DNA of 64,000 bases from Mobula hypostoma (GCF_963921235.1 NC_086097.1:22446001-22510000); one strand, 5' to 3'. Numbered from the stretch's first letter, positions 12,996 to 26,600 are shown. Notes: a model not told the origin generated them from the sequence alone. Numbers and translations: made by a program.

Positions 12996-14501
12996 CCCAT
13001 GTAGTTCAAGAGGGCAAGTTCAACAGACAGAACAGGCAGGAGCATTGACCACTTCCTCTGGCGTCTCATTACCACAACCCACTGTGTAATGAAGTTACCT
13101 CTCAGATCTTTTTTTAACTTTCTCCCGTGTTATCTTGTATCCATGCCCTCTAGTTTTGACCATAAGACCATAGGACATAGGAGTGGCTTCAGGCTGTTTG
13201 GCCCATCAAGTGTCCTCAGCCATTCCATCATGACTGATTTATTATCCCTCTCAACCCCATTCCCCTGCCTTCTCCCCGTAACCTTTGCCACCCATGCTCA
13301 GCAAGAATATATCAATCTGTGCTTTAAATATACCCAATGACATTGCTTCTACAGCCGTCTTTAGCAATGAATTCCATGGATTCACCACCTCTGGCTAAAG
13401 AAATTCCTCCTAATCTCTGTTCTAAAGGGATGTCCTATTTTGAGACTGTACCTGCTGGTCCTAGATTTCCCCATGACCAGAATTTTTCTCTCCACATCCA
13501 TTCTATTTAGACTTTTCAGTATTTGATAGGTTTCAATGAGATCCCACCTCATTCTTCTAAACCGCAGTGAGTACCGGCCCAGAGCCATCAAATACTTCTC
13601 ATACATTTGATTCGTGGAATTGTTCCCATGAACCTCCTCTGGACACTCTCCAATGCCAGCACATCCTTCCTTTGATAAGGGCCCCAAAACTGCTCATAAT
13701 ACTCCGTGTGGTCCGACCAATTCCTTATAAAGCCTCAGCATTACATTTTTGCTTTTATATTCTAGTCTTCTCGAAATGAGTGCTAACATTGCATTTGCTT
13801 TCCTTACCACCAACTCAATCTGCAAGTTTGCAGGAACATTGCGGGAATCCTGCACTAAGACTTCCTAGTCCTTTTGCACCTCTGATTTCTGAGCTTTCTC
13901 CCCTGTTTAGAAAATATTTTACATCTTTATTGCTTCTACCAAAGTGCATGACCATAAACTTCCCTGCATCATAATCTACCTGCCACTTCTTTGCCCATTC
14001 TGCTAATCTGTCCAGATCCTTTTGCAGACTCCCTGCTTCCTCAACACTACCTGCCCCTCCATCTACCTTCATATTGTCCACTAACTTGGCCATAAAGCCA
14101 TCAATTCTGTCATCCAAATTATTGACATGTTTCATGAAAAGAAGCGATCCCAACACACTGGTCACCAGCAGCCAAATGTTCCCCTTTGTTCCCACTTCTT
14201 GCTTCCTGTCGGTCAGCCAATCTTCCTACCCATGCTAGGATCTTTTCTTTATTGCCATAGGCTCTAATTTTGTTCAGCAACCTCATATGTGGTACCTTGT
14301 CAAAGGCTTTCTGAAAATCCAGGTAAACAACATCCACTGACTCTCCTTTGTCTATCCTGTCTGTTATTTCTTCAAAAAAGCCCAACAGATTTGTCAGGCA
14401 AAATTTCTCCTCAAGGAAACCATGCTGACTTTGGCCTATTTTGTTATATGCCTCAAAATACCCTGAACTCTCATCTTTAATGGACTCCAACATCTTTGTA
14501 A

Positions 14502-15207
14502 ACAACAGGAATTCTGCAGATGCTGGAAATTCAAGCAACACACATAAAAGTTCCTGGTGAACGCAGCAGGCCAGGCAGCATCTCTAGGAAGAGGTGCAGT
14601 CGTCGTTTCAGGCCGAGACCCTTCGTCAGGACTAACTGAAGGAAGAGTGAGTAAGGGATTTGAAAGTTGGAGGGGGAGGGGGAGATCCAAAATGATAGGA
14701 GAAGACAGGAGGGGGAGGGATGGAGCCAAGAGCTGGACAGGTGATAGGCAAAAGGGATACGAAAGGATCATGGGACAGGAGGTCTGGGAAGAAAGACAAG
14801 GGGGGGGGACCCAGAGGATGGGTCCTCCCCCTCGTACCCCATCTGTTACTTATTTTTATACATACATTCTTTCTCTCACTCTCCTTTTTCTCCCTCTGTC
14901 CCTCTGAATATACCCCTTGCCCATCCTCTGGGTTCCCCCCCCCTTGTCTTTCTTCCTGGACCTCCTGTCCCATGATCCTCTCGTATCCCTTTTGCCTATC
15001 ACCTGTCCAGCTCTTGGCTCCATCCCTCCCCCTCCTGTCTTCTCCTATCATTTTGGATCTCCCCCTCCCCCTCCAACTTTCAAATCCCTTACTCACTCTT
15101 CCTTCAGTTAGTCCTGACGAAGGGTCTCGGCCTGAAACGTCGACTGCACCTCTTCCTAGAGATGCTGCCTGGCCTGTTGCGTTCACCAGCAACTTTTATG
15201 TGTGTTG
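14502..15207. mobile_element. Fold-back Penelope-like insertion (two inverted pseudo-LTR copies) with 17-bp TSD
   Basis: Arms 14535-14822 and 14920-15208 are near-identical reverse complements; TSD CTCCAACATCTTTGTAA at 14485-14501 and 15208-15224. Confidence 0.92.
15110..15145 (+). ncRNA. Minimal type-I hammerhead ribozyme motif (PLE-associated)
   Basis: AGTC-CTGACGA-A-GGGTCTCGGCCT-GAAA-CG-TC^GACT: core boxes, stem I AGTC/GACT, stem II, loopless palindromic ACGT stem III. Predicted cleavage after 15141. Confidence 0.7.
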
Positions 15208-15879
15208 CTCCAACATCTTTGTAATCACTTGTCAGACTAACTGGCTTATAATTTCTTTTCTTCTGCCTCCCTCACTTGCAATTTTCCAGTCCTCCAGAAC
15301 CATTCAAGAATCTAGTGATTCTTGAAAGATCACTGCTAATGCCTTCACAATCTCTTCAGCTAACTCTTTCAGAACCCTTGGGTGTAATCCATCTGGTCTA
15401 CCTTCAGACTTCTCAGCTTCCTAAGCATCTTCTCTTTAGTAATAGCAACTACACTCACTTCTTCCCTCAACACACTTGAATTTATGGAATACTGCTTGTG
15501 GTTTCCAAGTGATGACTGGTGCAGAATACTTAGTAAGTTCCTCCAGCATTTCTTTGTCCCCATTGTTTGCCTTAGTTTTACTCTAGATGTATCTGAAAAA
15601 GCTTTCGATATCCTATTTTATATTATTGGCCTGCTTACACTCATATTTATCATTTCTTCCCTTATTGCCTTTTTAATTTCCTCCTGTTGGTTTTTAAAAG
15701 CTTCCCAATTTTCTAGGTTCCCACAAATTTTTGCTATATTGTATACCCTCTCTTTTGCTTTTATGCTGTCTTTGACTTCCCTTATCAGCCATGGCTGCTT
15801 TATCTTCCTTTTACAATACTACTTTTGCACTTTCAAACCCTGGGGAAGACTAACCATGCATCGTATCCAAAACACCTCA

Positions 15880-17250
15880 TGATTTCCTAAACTCCTATGA
15901 GGCCAACCTTCATTTTATATTCTGAGTAATAAAGTGTGGGCAACTTCTTCCTATAACTCAGGCCCTCTGGTCCAAACAGCATCCTGTAATTCCCTTCTGC
16001 ACCACCTCCAGTTTGACAATGTCCTTCTGATAACAGGGTGACTGATAGTGTACACAATACACTAAGTGGTCTCACTAGTGACTTGTATAACTAAAACAAT
16101 GTCTCTAATCATAAACTTTATGTCATGACTGATGTATTCTAAACACTTTCTTCACCACCCTGTCTACTAATACAGCTGCTTTCAGCAAACTGTGCACTTG
16201 TACTCCCACGTCCCTTTTTTTCCTTTGTGAAGGGATACAATTTGTTCGGTGCCCTGCTATTCACTGCATAGGCCCTACCTGGTCTGAATGTCCAAATTGT
16301 ATCCACTCACATTATATAAATTGGAGACCATTTTCCATTAATTTCCCTAACTGATTAGGACCTCTTTGTAATCAACCTCATTATCAACATGACTTCCTCC
16401 CCCCCCACCACCAGTATAGTATCATTGACAAACTTGCTAATTGTGCCATGTACAGTCATATCCAAATCATTTACATAAATGATGAATAATGATAGTCTCA
16501 ACACTGACCCCTTGAGGCACACCACCAGCCACAGGCCTCCAGTCAGACAGTCAACCTTCAACCATCAGCCTCTGCTTCCTATCATTGAGCCAATTCTGAA
16601 TGCATCTCACTATCTCTCTTTCCCCATCCCAGGCTGAATCCTATGCAATCCAACCTTCCAGATCAGCCTACCGTGCAGGACCTTGTCAGGTGTCTTACTA
16701 GAGTACATTCACTCTCCTACCTTCATCTACTACTTAGTTACATCTTCAAAAAACTCCAAAAGATTCATCAGACATTTTCTACCTGTGTCACTGGTACCAA
16801 CATGTACAACAACCTCTGGCTACTCACCCTCTCCCCTTGAGAACCTTCTGCAACTGATCAGGGACTACCTTAACCTTGGCACTCAGAAGACAGCATAACA
16901 TTATGGTTTATTGCTTGCAGCCACAGAATCTCCTGTTTGTGCCCCTACCTATCGAATATCTATAGCTCTCTGTGTCTACAGCCTGCCCTACTATGCATGC
17001 ATCAGGTGCTATCATGATTCTCTGACTGATGGTGTTACTCTCCTCTGGAAGGATGTCTGCCCAAATAGTATCCAACATTTTATGTGTTATTGAGAGGAAT
17101 GGCCACAGGTGAATCCTGCACTCTCTCCCTTCCCCTTCTCTCAGTGGTCAACCAACTACCTGTCACCTTTAGTGACCACTTCACAAAAGCTCCTATCTGC
17201 GATGCTCCTGTGTGAATCCATCTGCTGCTCCCACCACTTTGCAAAGTAGT
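15880..17250 (-). mobile_element. Old CR1 fragments (ORF2 pieces and an ORF1 esterase-like piece)
   Basis: GSVLRLSLFIIYVNDLD...ISKFVNDT; ~16790-16835 reads GEGE*PEVVVHVGTSD on the minus strand. Confidence 0.7.
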
Positions 17251-18297
17251 GGATAGTAAATATTACCTAGTGTTTTGAAGCACCTTCCGTCAAATTTGCC
17301 TCAGTATCCTCAAATGGCATAGATGATCATTTGGGCTTGGAGAAATTTGGGGGTAGATGTCAAACACTTATAACATAGCCCTTTGGCCCATGATGTCTGC
17401 CGACCTTTTAACCTACTCAAACAATAATCTAACCCTTCCCTCCTACTTAGCCCTCTAGTTTTCCATCATCCATGTGCCTATCTAAGAGTTTTTTAGATTC
17501 CCCAATGTATCTGCCTTTAACACCACCCCTGGTAACACATCCACCATTATCTGTGATGAAAAGAACTAACTTCTGATTGTCCTCCACTCATCTTAAAATT
17601 AAGGTTAGTCAAGTCTGACCCAGAGACAAGTGATATTAGTGTCCGAGTGGGACACATCCTGGAAATGATTCCTGGTTGGGTTAGGAAAAAGAAAGCTCCA
17701 GGGGATTTGAGTATAAATAAGGTTCAGATTGGCTATGATCAGGCTGAATTTGGATGGAGAATTAATTGTATATGCCAACAGATGTCTACAGCATTAGCAG
17801 CCAAAGATGGTGGTTGGAGTGGAAATGGGATGGATATTTGAAGTGACAGGGATCTGGAAGCCTTTTTTTTCACTTTTGCAAACTGAATGAAGGTTTCTGA
17901 TACAGCTTAGAGCCAGGCTAGTTCCCTTGGCTACACCATTTATTTGCTGTAAATGAGTGGAGTTAAAGGAGAAACTGTGCAGTATGTGATCATTCAGTCA
18001 AGGGGAACTGATTGGTCCTTCCTCCTGTCTATCTTTTTGCCTTCCAAACAGGCTATTCCCTCTCTATTTACTCTTCCTGATTTTTCTCTGCCAATCTCTA
18101 CTCCCCTTCTCATGGTATATGTCCATTACCTTGCCTTCCCACCTTCAATAACCCCAAAAGCTCTTTTCATGTGAAGGATTGACCTTCTGCTAATTGAAAG
18201 TGAAAATGATGGAGCCATTAAACAGGTCAAGCAGCATCTGTAGAGAAATAGAGTTATTGTTTCAGGTTGAAGACACTTCATCTGAATTAATTTATTG

Positions 18298-18362
18298 CAG
18301 GGGTTCCCAGCCTGTGGTCAAGGATCCCTTAGTCCATGGCGTAAATAGTTTGGGAAACCCTG
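18298..18362. mobile_element. 65-bp hAT MITE
   Basis: Ends CAGGGGTTCCCA...TGGGAAACCCTG; 8-bp TSD ATTTATTG/CTTTATTG (nnnTAnnn). Confidence 0.75.
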
Positions 18363-19041
18363 CTTTATTGGTACTTCTTTGTTTTGTGATGAAAATGAAG
18401 TTTTACTGTATGCTGTAGATCACTTAAATTGGGGGGTGGGGGGCAGTGATCTGATAATTGAGATCTATACAACAATACAGCATGATACTGACCTTTCAGT
18501 CCATAATCTTGTGCCTGCCTTTTAAACTCCTCTGAGATCAATTTAACCCTTCCCTCCTACATAACCCTCAATTTTTCTATCATTCATGTGGCTATCTAAG
18601 AGTTTCTTAAACGTTGCTAATGTATCTGCTTGTACTATACCCCCGTTAGGGTGTTCCATGCAGCCAATTATTTTACCACTCACCGAAAAGTATCCTCAAC
18701 CAAAGATTTCTTAAAAGCTAGAATGTGAACTTGCAATTATATCTATTCTGAGCTTCTTGATTTCCGAAGCAACCACCACTCTCTGTGTAAAGAACTTGCC
18801 TCTGACATCTGCCCCATACTTTCCTCCAATCACTTTAAAATTATGCCCTTTGTATTAGCCATTTCTGCCATTTTCTGGCTATCCACTCAATCTACGTGTG
18901 CTTCTTATCATCTTGTACATCTCTCTTCCTCCTTTACTCCAAAGGGAAAAACCTTAGCTCTCTCAATCTAGCCGCATAAGACACCTTCTCTAATACAGGC
19001 AGCATCCTGGCAAAGCTGTTCTGCACCCTCTCTAAACCTTC

Positions 19042-19602
19042 GATGAGAAGCTTCTGTTGGTGGGGATCAACCATGGATGTGGCATCCTAGCAGTCTCGAT
19101 ACACAAGCCTGGGCAGTACAATATGGAGAGTAACCTGTTGCCCATTCAGCAAGCTCCCCTCCTCCAAGCATCTGATGAACCCAAAGGAACGGCAGAGACC
19201 AATACAGTTTTGCACCAGCAGCATTGCAGAAATTGCCAGTCAGTGTTTAAGTCAATGTAAGACTGCCTCTAGACTTCTCCCTCGAGATTTATTCCTGAAG
19301 CCTTCCCCATGAGTGGGTATAGCCACAAGGCAGTGTAGGTTTGTGATCAGAGTTTTCCTTCTAGATGAGCTGTCAACTATGGCTGATGAACCCAATCTGC
19401 CCAAGATGACTGATTTTAGGGCATCAGTAACCTGCTTTTGCCCCTTCTCCTGTCAGTAGAAATGGTTCCACTGGGCTTAGTAGCTAAGCCATATGTGAGG
19501 CCAGAAGCTGGACTTGATTTTCAGAGGCTATTTAAGGTGCACGCCATTGGGAGCATTTAGCAGGTGTCCATTACTACCCCAACTATAACAACCTTCAGGA
19601 AC
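19042..19602 (-). mobile_element. Short non-autonomous RTE-type retroelement inserted in a CR1 fragment
   Basis: TSD CTCTAAACCTTC (19030-19041) / CTCTAAAGCTTC (19603-19614); no ORF. Shares a middle segment and 3' end with the CORE-like SINE. RTE assignment is from recalled 5' UTR motifs. Confidence 0.6.
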
Positions 19603-20029
19603 CTCTAAAGCTTCCATGTTCTTCCTATAATGAGAACTGAGCTGTAACATTACCTCGTGGCTCTTGAGCTCAATCTGCTGTATAATGAAGGCTAACATAC
19701 TATATGCTTTCTTAACCACCCTATTAACATGTGCGGCAAGTTGGAAATGTGAAATTGTCCGTTTTATAAGGTAAAATAACCAGAAAGCATATCATTAAAT
19801 TCTGAGGGATCACAGCATTCTAATGAATCTGAGTTTTCCAATGGATGATTCTCAGAAAGCCAGTAAGTAGGTTCAGTAAGTAGTTAGGAAAGCAAACAAT
19901 GCTGTTGTTCAGTAGGTCAAGCAGCCGCAGTGGGGAGAGAAACAGAGTAGGCATTTTACATCAGGGACCCTTACTCAAGTTGCATTAAGGTTTAGAGATG
20001 GAGAAGGAGTTGAGAGAACAGTCAGTAAT

Positions 20030-21912
20030 AGAGGAAGGATGGCAAATGAAATGTTAGCACTTATCTTGAGAGGACTAAAATATAAAAGCAAGGAAATAAT
20101 ACTGAGGCTAAGGCGCTGGTCAGACCACACGTTGTGAGCACTTTTGGGCCTCTTTTCCAAGAAAGGATACGCTGGCATTGGAGTGACTCCAGAGGAGATT
20201 AAAGAGAATGATGCTAGGAAAGAAAGGATTAATGTATGAGGAGCATTTGATGGTTCTCAACTGGTGATTGCTGGAATTTTGAAAAAAGGAGGAACTCATT
20301 GAAACCTATTGAATATTGAAAGGCCTTGACAGAGTGAATGTGGAGAGGATGTTTCCTGTGGTGCGAGAGGTGCAGACCTGAGAGCACCGCTCCAGAATAC
20401 AAGGACCACCCTTGAGAACAGAGATGAATCAGAATCAGAATCAGGTTTATTATTATCGGCATGTGTTGCGAAATTTGTGAACTTAGCAGCAGCAGTTCAA
20501 TGCAATACATAATCTAGAAGAAAATAAATAAATTACTGTGTGTGTGTGTGTATATGTGTGTGTGTATATGTGTGTGTGTATATATATACACACATACACA
20601 TATTGAATAGATTAAAAATCATGCAAAAACAGAAAAAATAGATATTTAAGAAGTGAGGTAGTGTTCACATGTTCAATGTCCATTTAGGAATCGGATGGCA
20701 GAGGGGAAGAAGCTGTTCCTGAATTGCTGAGTGTGTGCCTTCAGGCTTCTGATGGTAACAGTGAGAAAAGGGCATGTCCTGGGTGCTGGAGGTCCTTAAT
20801 AATAGACACTGCCTTTCTGAGACACCGCTCCTAGAAGATCTCCTGGGTACTTTGTAGGCTCGTATCCAAGATGGGGCTGACTAAATTTACGAACCTCTGC
20901 AGCTTCTTTTGGTCCCGTGCAGTAGTCCCTCCCCCATACCAGACAGTGATGCAGCCTGTCAGAATGTTCTCCACGATACATTACAGAAGTTTTTGAGTGT
21001 ATTTGTTGACATGCCAAATCTCTTCAAACTCCTAATGAAGTATAGTCGCTGTCTTGTCTTCTTTACAGCTGCATCGATATGTTGGGACCAGGTTAGGTCC
21101 TCAGAGATCTTGATACCCAGGAACTTGAAACTGCTCACTCTCTCCACTTCTGATCCCTCTATGAGGGTTGATATGTGTTCCTTCGTCCTACCCTTACTGA
21201 AGTCCACATTCAGCTCTTTCGTCTTACTGATGTTGAGTGCCAGGTTGTTGCTGTGGCACCACTCCACTAGTTGGTATATCTCACTCTTGTACGTTCTCTC
21301 ATCTCCATCTGAGATTCTACCAACAATGGTTGTTATCATCAGTGTATTTATAGATGGTATTTAATCTATGCCTAGCTACACAGTCTTGATATATAGTGAG
21401 TAGAGCAGTGAGCTAAGCACACAGCCCTGAGGTGCACCAGTGTTGATCGTCAGTGAGGAGGAGATGTTATCACCAATCTGCACAGATTGTGGTCTTCCGG
21501 TTAGGAATTTGAGGATCCAATTGCAGAGGGAGGTATAGAGGCCCAGGTTCTGTAACTTATCAATCAGGATTGTGGGAATGATTGTGTTAAATGCTGAGCT
21601 ATAGTTGATGAACGGCATCCTGACATAGGTGTTTGTATTGTCCAGGTGGTCTAAGGCCTAAGGGATAAGAGGAATTTGTTTAGCTAGAGAGTGGTGAATT
21701 TGTGGAATTCATTGCCATAGACAACTGTGGGTGCCAAGTCATTGTACATTTAAAGCAGAGGTTGATAGGTTCTTGATTAGTAAGAGTGTCAAAGTTTACA
21801 GCAAGAAAGCAGGAAATTAGGGTTGAGGGAAACAATAAATCAGCCATGACAGAATGGGAGAGCAGTTTCGATCGACAAAATGGCAGAATTCTGCTCCTGT
21901 TTTATGTCTTAT
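20030..21912 (+). mobile_element. CR1 3' fragment split by a Rex1/Babar insertion (CR1 parts ~20030-20428 and ~21661-21912)
   Basis: CR1 sequence ...cttgagaacagagatga resumes as ...gaggaatttgtttagctagagagtggtgaatttgtggaattc after the insert. Confidence 0.8.
20429..21660 (-). mobile_element. Rex1/Babar LINE, 5'-truncated RT region and 3' UTR containing a (TG)n tract
   Basis: SSAFNTIIP...[40 protein letters not shown]...FKFLGIKISEDLTWSQH; (CTGATT)n tail. Confidence 0.9.
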
Positions 21913-24900
21913 CATTTCATAGGTGAAATGCCTTTGATAGGTGGTTACAGATCAAAACTGATCAAATTGTTTGTTTACACCTAGTTACTATACATTTTGT
22001 GAGCCTCCCCTCATTTTTTAACCCTCTCTTCACGATATGGCTTCTTTCAATCTGTTATTTTTTTTATTAGATAATCTTAAATGTAGTTGTTACCTTGACA
22101 GCTTCAGTGAAAGGTCCTTAACCTGAAACAACATCTCAGTTTCGTTTTCCCTGGAACTGTCGGACTTACTGTGTACTTCCATGTTTTCTGTTTTTTGTCT
22201 CAGATTTCGAGCATCTGCAATATCTTGCTCCAAGGGGAATTGATTGATAAAATATGGAGGACGTTTCCTTTGTATAGGCCAGTGACAAGAACATTTCTGG
22301 AGTACTCTATGTATTGGTTTCCTTGTTTAAGGAAAGATGTTAATACTTTGTCAGCAGTTCAGTGGATGTTTACTGGGTTAGAACGAGGAACACTACAGCA
22401 CATTGCAGGTCTTATAATCCATGATGTTGTGCTAACCTTTTAACCCACTTGAAGATAAATCTAACCCTTCTCTCCTACAAATTCCTCTATTTTTCTATCA
22501 TCCATGTGCCTATTTCAGAGTTTCTTAAATGCCCCTAATGTATCTCTCTCCACCACCAGGGTGTTCCACATACCCGCCACATTTAGTGTTTAAAAAAAGC
22601 TTACCTCTGACATCCACCCCTGTACTTTGCTCCAATCACCGTAAAATTATGCCTCTTCTTATTAGCCATTTCTGCACTAGGGAATAAATCTCTGGCTATC
22701 CATCTGGGTTGTCTTATAAGGAAAAGATGAATGGATTCGGCTTGTAGCCACTAGTGGTTAGAACAGCAGGAGGGGATGTGATTGAAACATGTGAGACATT
22801 GAGGGACTTTGATGTGGGGAGTACTGGTTTATTATTGTCATATGTACTAAGATACAGTGAAAAGCTTCTCTTACATACTTTTTATAGAGACAAAATCATT
22901 ACGTTGTGGTAGAACCTCATCTTATGGGAGAATCTGTAGCTAGGGATCATTAAAAATAGGATGTTATCCATTTACAAAAAAGATTGTGAATTGTTGAAGC
23001 ACTCTACCTCCCAAGGGCGGAGAAGTATAATTTTTGAATATTTTCAAGGCAGAGGTGGATAGAATCATGATAAGATTTAAATAGATTTAATGATTTTTAA
23101 AGATGAGCTTTATTTGTCAATGAACACCGAAACATTGTAACATACAGTGAAGTGCGTCAATGACCAACACCATCCAGGGATGAGCTGGGGAAAGCCCACT
23201 AGTATCGTCATGCTTCTGGTGCCAGCATAGCGTGCCCACAACTCACTAGCCTAATCCGTACATGTCTGGAATGTGGGGGAAGTCGGAGCATCCATAGGAA
23301 ACCCACTCAGTCAATTTCTCCCTGAGCCCCAATCGGTGATCGCTGGTGCTGTAGAGCAATTACGCTAATCCCTATGCGACTGTGCCACCCAAAAGGGGAG
23401 TGGAAGCATAGTTTTTGAATAGTTTTGAGGCATGGGAAGTTTTGGGCCTGCCCTGGCTGTTCTGGGCTTTGTGTCTGAGAGCTTGGCGATGTTCTGCTCT
23501 ACTGTGTGATGAACTGAGGCTGAGGCTGAGGCTGTGGCCTGCTCTAGCTGCTCCAGGTTTCATGTCTATGGACTCACTTTCGTTCTGAATGCAGTTGCTT
23601 GCTTTTGTTGTTTGCATGATTTGTGTTTTTCGTCACTGTCCGTGCACTGGGCGTTTGTTGGTTTTTTTAATGAGTTCTTTTGGGTTTCAAGTTTTGCGGC
23701 TGCCTGTAAGGAGGCAAATCTCAAGATTGTATAACGTGTGCATACTTTGTTAATAAATGTACTTTGAACATTGTGAAAAGTTACCATTGGTAACTAGAAA
23801 AGCTGAGTAGAGAATATAATCAAATTAAAAATCTAATTTGATGGTAATCTAAATTCAAAGAGCCAAGTGGCCAACTCTTTGTTTTTAATTTGTGTGCTTA
23901 TGATACCACATTTGGTGATCACAATGCAGTGTCTACACTGGGGAAACCATTTGTAGCTTGGATGGTCAGTATGTAGAGCACCTTTCTTCAGTCTGCAGAA
24001 GTGAGGCCTGAGCTACCAACTTCCTATCACTTTAATTCTCCATCCTACTCTAACTCTGATCTCCCTTTCAAAAAGAAATTTGGATGGACAATTTATGGAA
24101 AATTTGCAGGGCTTTGGGAAGGAGTTGGGAAGTGAGACTGATTATTCCAAGTAGCTTCCTATGTATTAAGCTTTGCCATATTATTGAATGTAAAACCAAC
24201 TTTCAATTTATATTATACCTGGCATCTTTAAATAAAAGTGACTCAGTAAACTTAGCAGTGAGATCAATACGAATATCGCCCCAGCTGCTAGAGTTTGAAC
24301 CAGATTTGTGTCTGAAAAATTTGGGCAATGTCTACCAATTTCTAACCTCAAGTTTTGCTGAAACCTTGAACCTGAGGATTAACTCCAAAATTAAAAATTC
24401 ACACTGTCTTCAATTCACTGATGTTCTTAGTGATTGTGTAGTCCAGTAAAATAATCATCAATGTCTTTTGTATTTTGTCCATAGACCATTATGAGGCTTA
24501 ATGCAGAAGGCACTATCTTCACCCATCGATATATAGATTGGATTCTGGGCACTTCAGAATATATCAGACCTTATTTTTTTCTTGTTCAGTTGCGTGAATA
24601 ACAGTAATGAACAATTATCATTTTACTTGGTCTTTTTGTCCTAACTGTTTCAATCTTGGTTACGTGGAGTGGGGAACAGCTCTCATATACATCAATATAC
24701 TTTGAGTAATTGTATTATCACTGCATGTACTTGCATTGTCTGAAACCATGTATCATTTGGTGTTTTGTTACAGAAACAGAAACCATTCTGAATAAAAATT
24801 CATTAAGAACTGCAATCAACAGTGCAATAGTGATCGTAGCATTCAAGTGTGTAATCTCTGCAGACAATCTTATTATTAGCAATGATCCATAATATTTATT

Positions 24901-25446
24901 CCAGACCATACTTCTCAAATTACAATTGAAGTCTTCTATTCCATTAGTATACAGAAGAAATTTTACATAGTATTGGATAGCAGAGCACCAAATTTAAAGG
25001 TTTTATGAAATGTACGGCCAAAGAGAATTAGAAATTATTCCTGTCCTGGAGGTGTGTAAAAGATTAACTAGAAAGGTTCCAAGGCTGAGGAATTTCAGTT
25101 TTAGGATTAGACTTGAGAGGCAGGAGATTTTGTCAGAAGATTTTAGAACATAGAACAGTACAGCCCTTCGGCCAACAATGTTGTGCTTAACCAATTAAAT
25201 TAGTGATCAAATGGCTAACTAAACTAATCTCTTCTGCCTACAATGTCCATATCCTTCCATTTTCTTCACATTGATATGCCTATCTAAATGTCTCTTATAT
25301 GTCCTCAATGTTTCTACCTCTACTACCAGCCCAGGCAGTGCATTCCAGGCATTCACATCTCCTTTGAAATTATCCCTTCTCACCTTAAATCAATGCTCTC
25401 TGGTATTAGACATTTCAACCCTGGGAAAAAGATACTGTCTGTCTAC

Positions 25447-25550
25447 ACGAGGAAATCTGCAGATGCTAGAATTTAAAGCAACACACCTAAAAATTGCAGG
25501 TGAACACAGCAGGCCAGGCAGCATCTATAGGAAGAGGCCCGAAACGTCGG
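25447..25550. mobile_element. Miniature Penelope-like insertion with inverted junction and TSD
   Basis: TSD CTGTCTGTCTAC at 25435-25446 and 25551-25562. Begins acgaggaaatctgcagatgct (minus 3' end) and ends with a plus-sense hammerhead piece ggcccgaaacgtc. Confidence 0.75.
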
Positions 25551-25629
25551 CTGTCTGTCTACTCTATCCATACCTCTTGTAAACCTCTATCAGATCTCCC
25601 TTCAGCTTCTGCCACTCCAGAGAAAACAA

Positions 25630-26600
25630 CCATAAGACATAGGAACAAAATTAGGTTATTCGGCCCATTGAGTCTGTTCTGTCATTCCATCGTGGCTGAT
25701 TATCTGTAGATGTGAACTTCCCACTATTCAGGACATTTATAAAGACAGGTGTGTAAAAAGGGCCCAAAGGATCATTGGGGACCTGAGTCACCCCAACCAC
25801 AAACTGTTCCAGCTGCTACCATCCAGGAAACGGTACCGTAGCATAAAAACCAGGACCAGCAGGCTCCGGGACAGCTTCTTCCACCAGGCCATCAGACTGA
25901 TTAATTCATGCTGATACAATTGTATTTCTGTTATATTATTGTACATCCTATTTATTATAAATTGCATATTGCACATTTGGACGGAGACATAATGTAAAGA
26001 TTTTTACTTCTCATGTATATGAGAGATGTAAGTAATAAAGTTAATTCAATTCAATTTAGTCTCCTTCCTAACCCTATTCTCCTGCCTTTTCCCTGTAACC
26101 TTTAACATCCTGTTTAATCAAGAGCCCATCAACCTCCGCCTTAAAAACTGTATACCCAAAGACTTGGTTTGCATAGCCTTCTGTGGCAATGAATTGCACA
26201 GTTTCACCACCCTATGGCTAAAGACGTTTTCTCATTTCTGATCTAAATAGACGTCCCTCAATTCTGAGACTGTGCCCTCTGGCCCTAGACTTCCTCACTA
26301 TAGGAAAGACTCTCTCCATGTCCACTCTATTTCGGCCATTCAATATTCGATAAATTTCAGTGAAATCCTTCCTAATTCTTCCAAACTCCAGTGAGTACAG
26401 GCCCAGAGCCTTCAAAAGCTCCTCATATGTTAACCCTTTCATTCCTGGGATCATTCTTGTGAACCTCCTCTGGACCCTCTCCAATGTCAGCTTAGATAAG
26501 GGGCCCAAAACTGCTCACAATACTCCAAGTATGTTCTAACCAATGACTTACAAAGCCTCAGCATTACATTTTTGCTTTTGTATTCTCGTCCTCTTGAACC
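25630..26600 (-). mobile_element. CR1 3' fragment (hosts the Rex1 insert)
   Basis: [34 protein letters not shown]. Confidence 0.85.
25705..26056 (+). mobile_element. Rex1/Babar 3' end nested in a CR1 3' UTR
   Basis: Encodes SHPNHKLFQLLPSRKRYRSIKTRTSRLRDSFFHQA; (ATTCA)n tail. Confidence 0.8.

Larger units (their letters stand above)
13160..15815 (-). mobile_element. Degenerate CR1 ORF2 plus 3' UTR, interrupted by the palindromic insertion at 14502-15207
   Basis: Minus ORFs IGQSQHGFL...VYLDFQKAFDKVPH, LQKDLDRLAEWAKKWQ, YSLRFRRMRWDLIETY; tail-like gaccataagaccatag at ~13158. Confidence 0.9.

Noticed and set aside
14436..15325. Mirror-image ORFs (116-201 aa) with the same peptides on both strands
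   Set aside because: Artefact of the inverted repeat and low-complexity pseudo-LTR; no protein-family features.
20959..21339. ALKBH8-like host gene (a common automated label for this peptide)
   Set aside because: It is the Rex1/Babar RT C-terminal region, with several decayed copies in the window.
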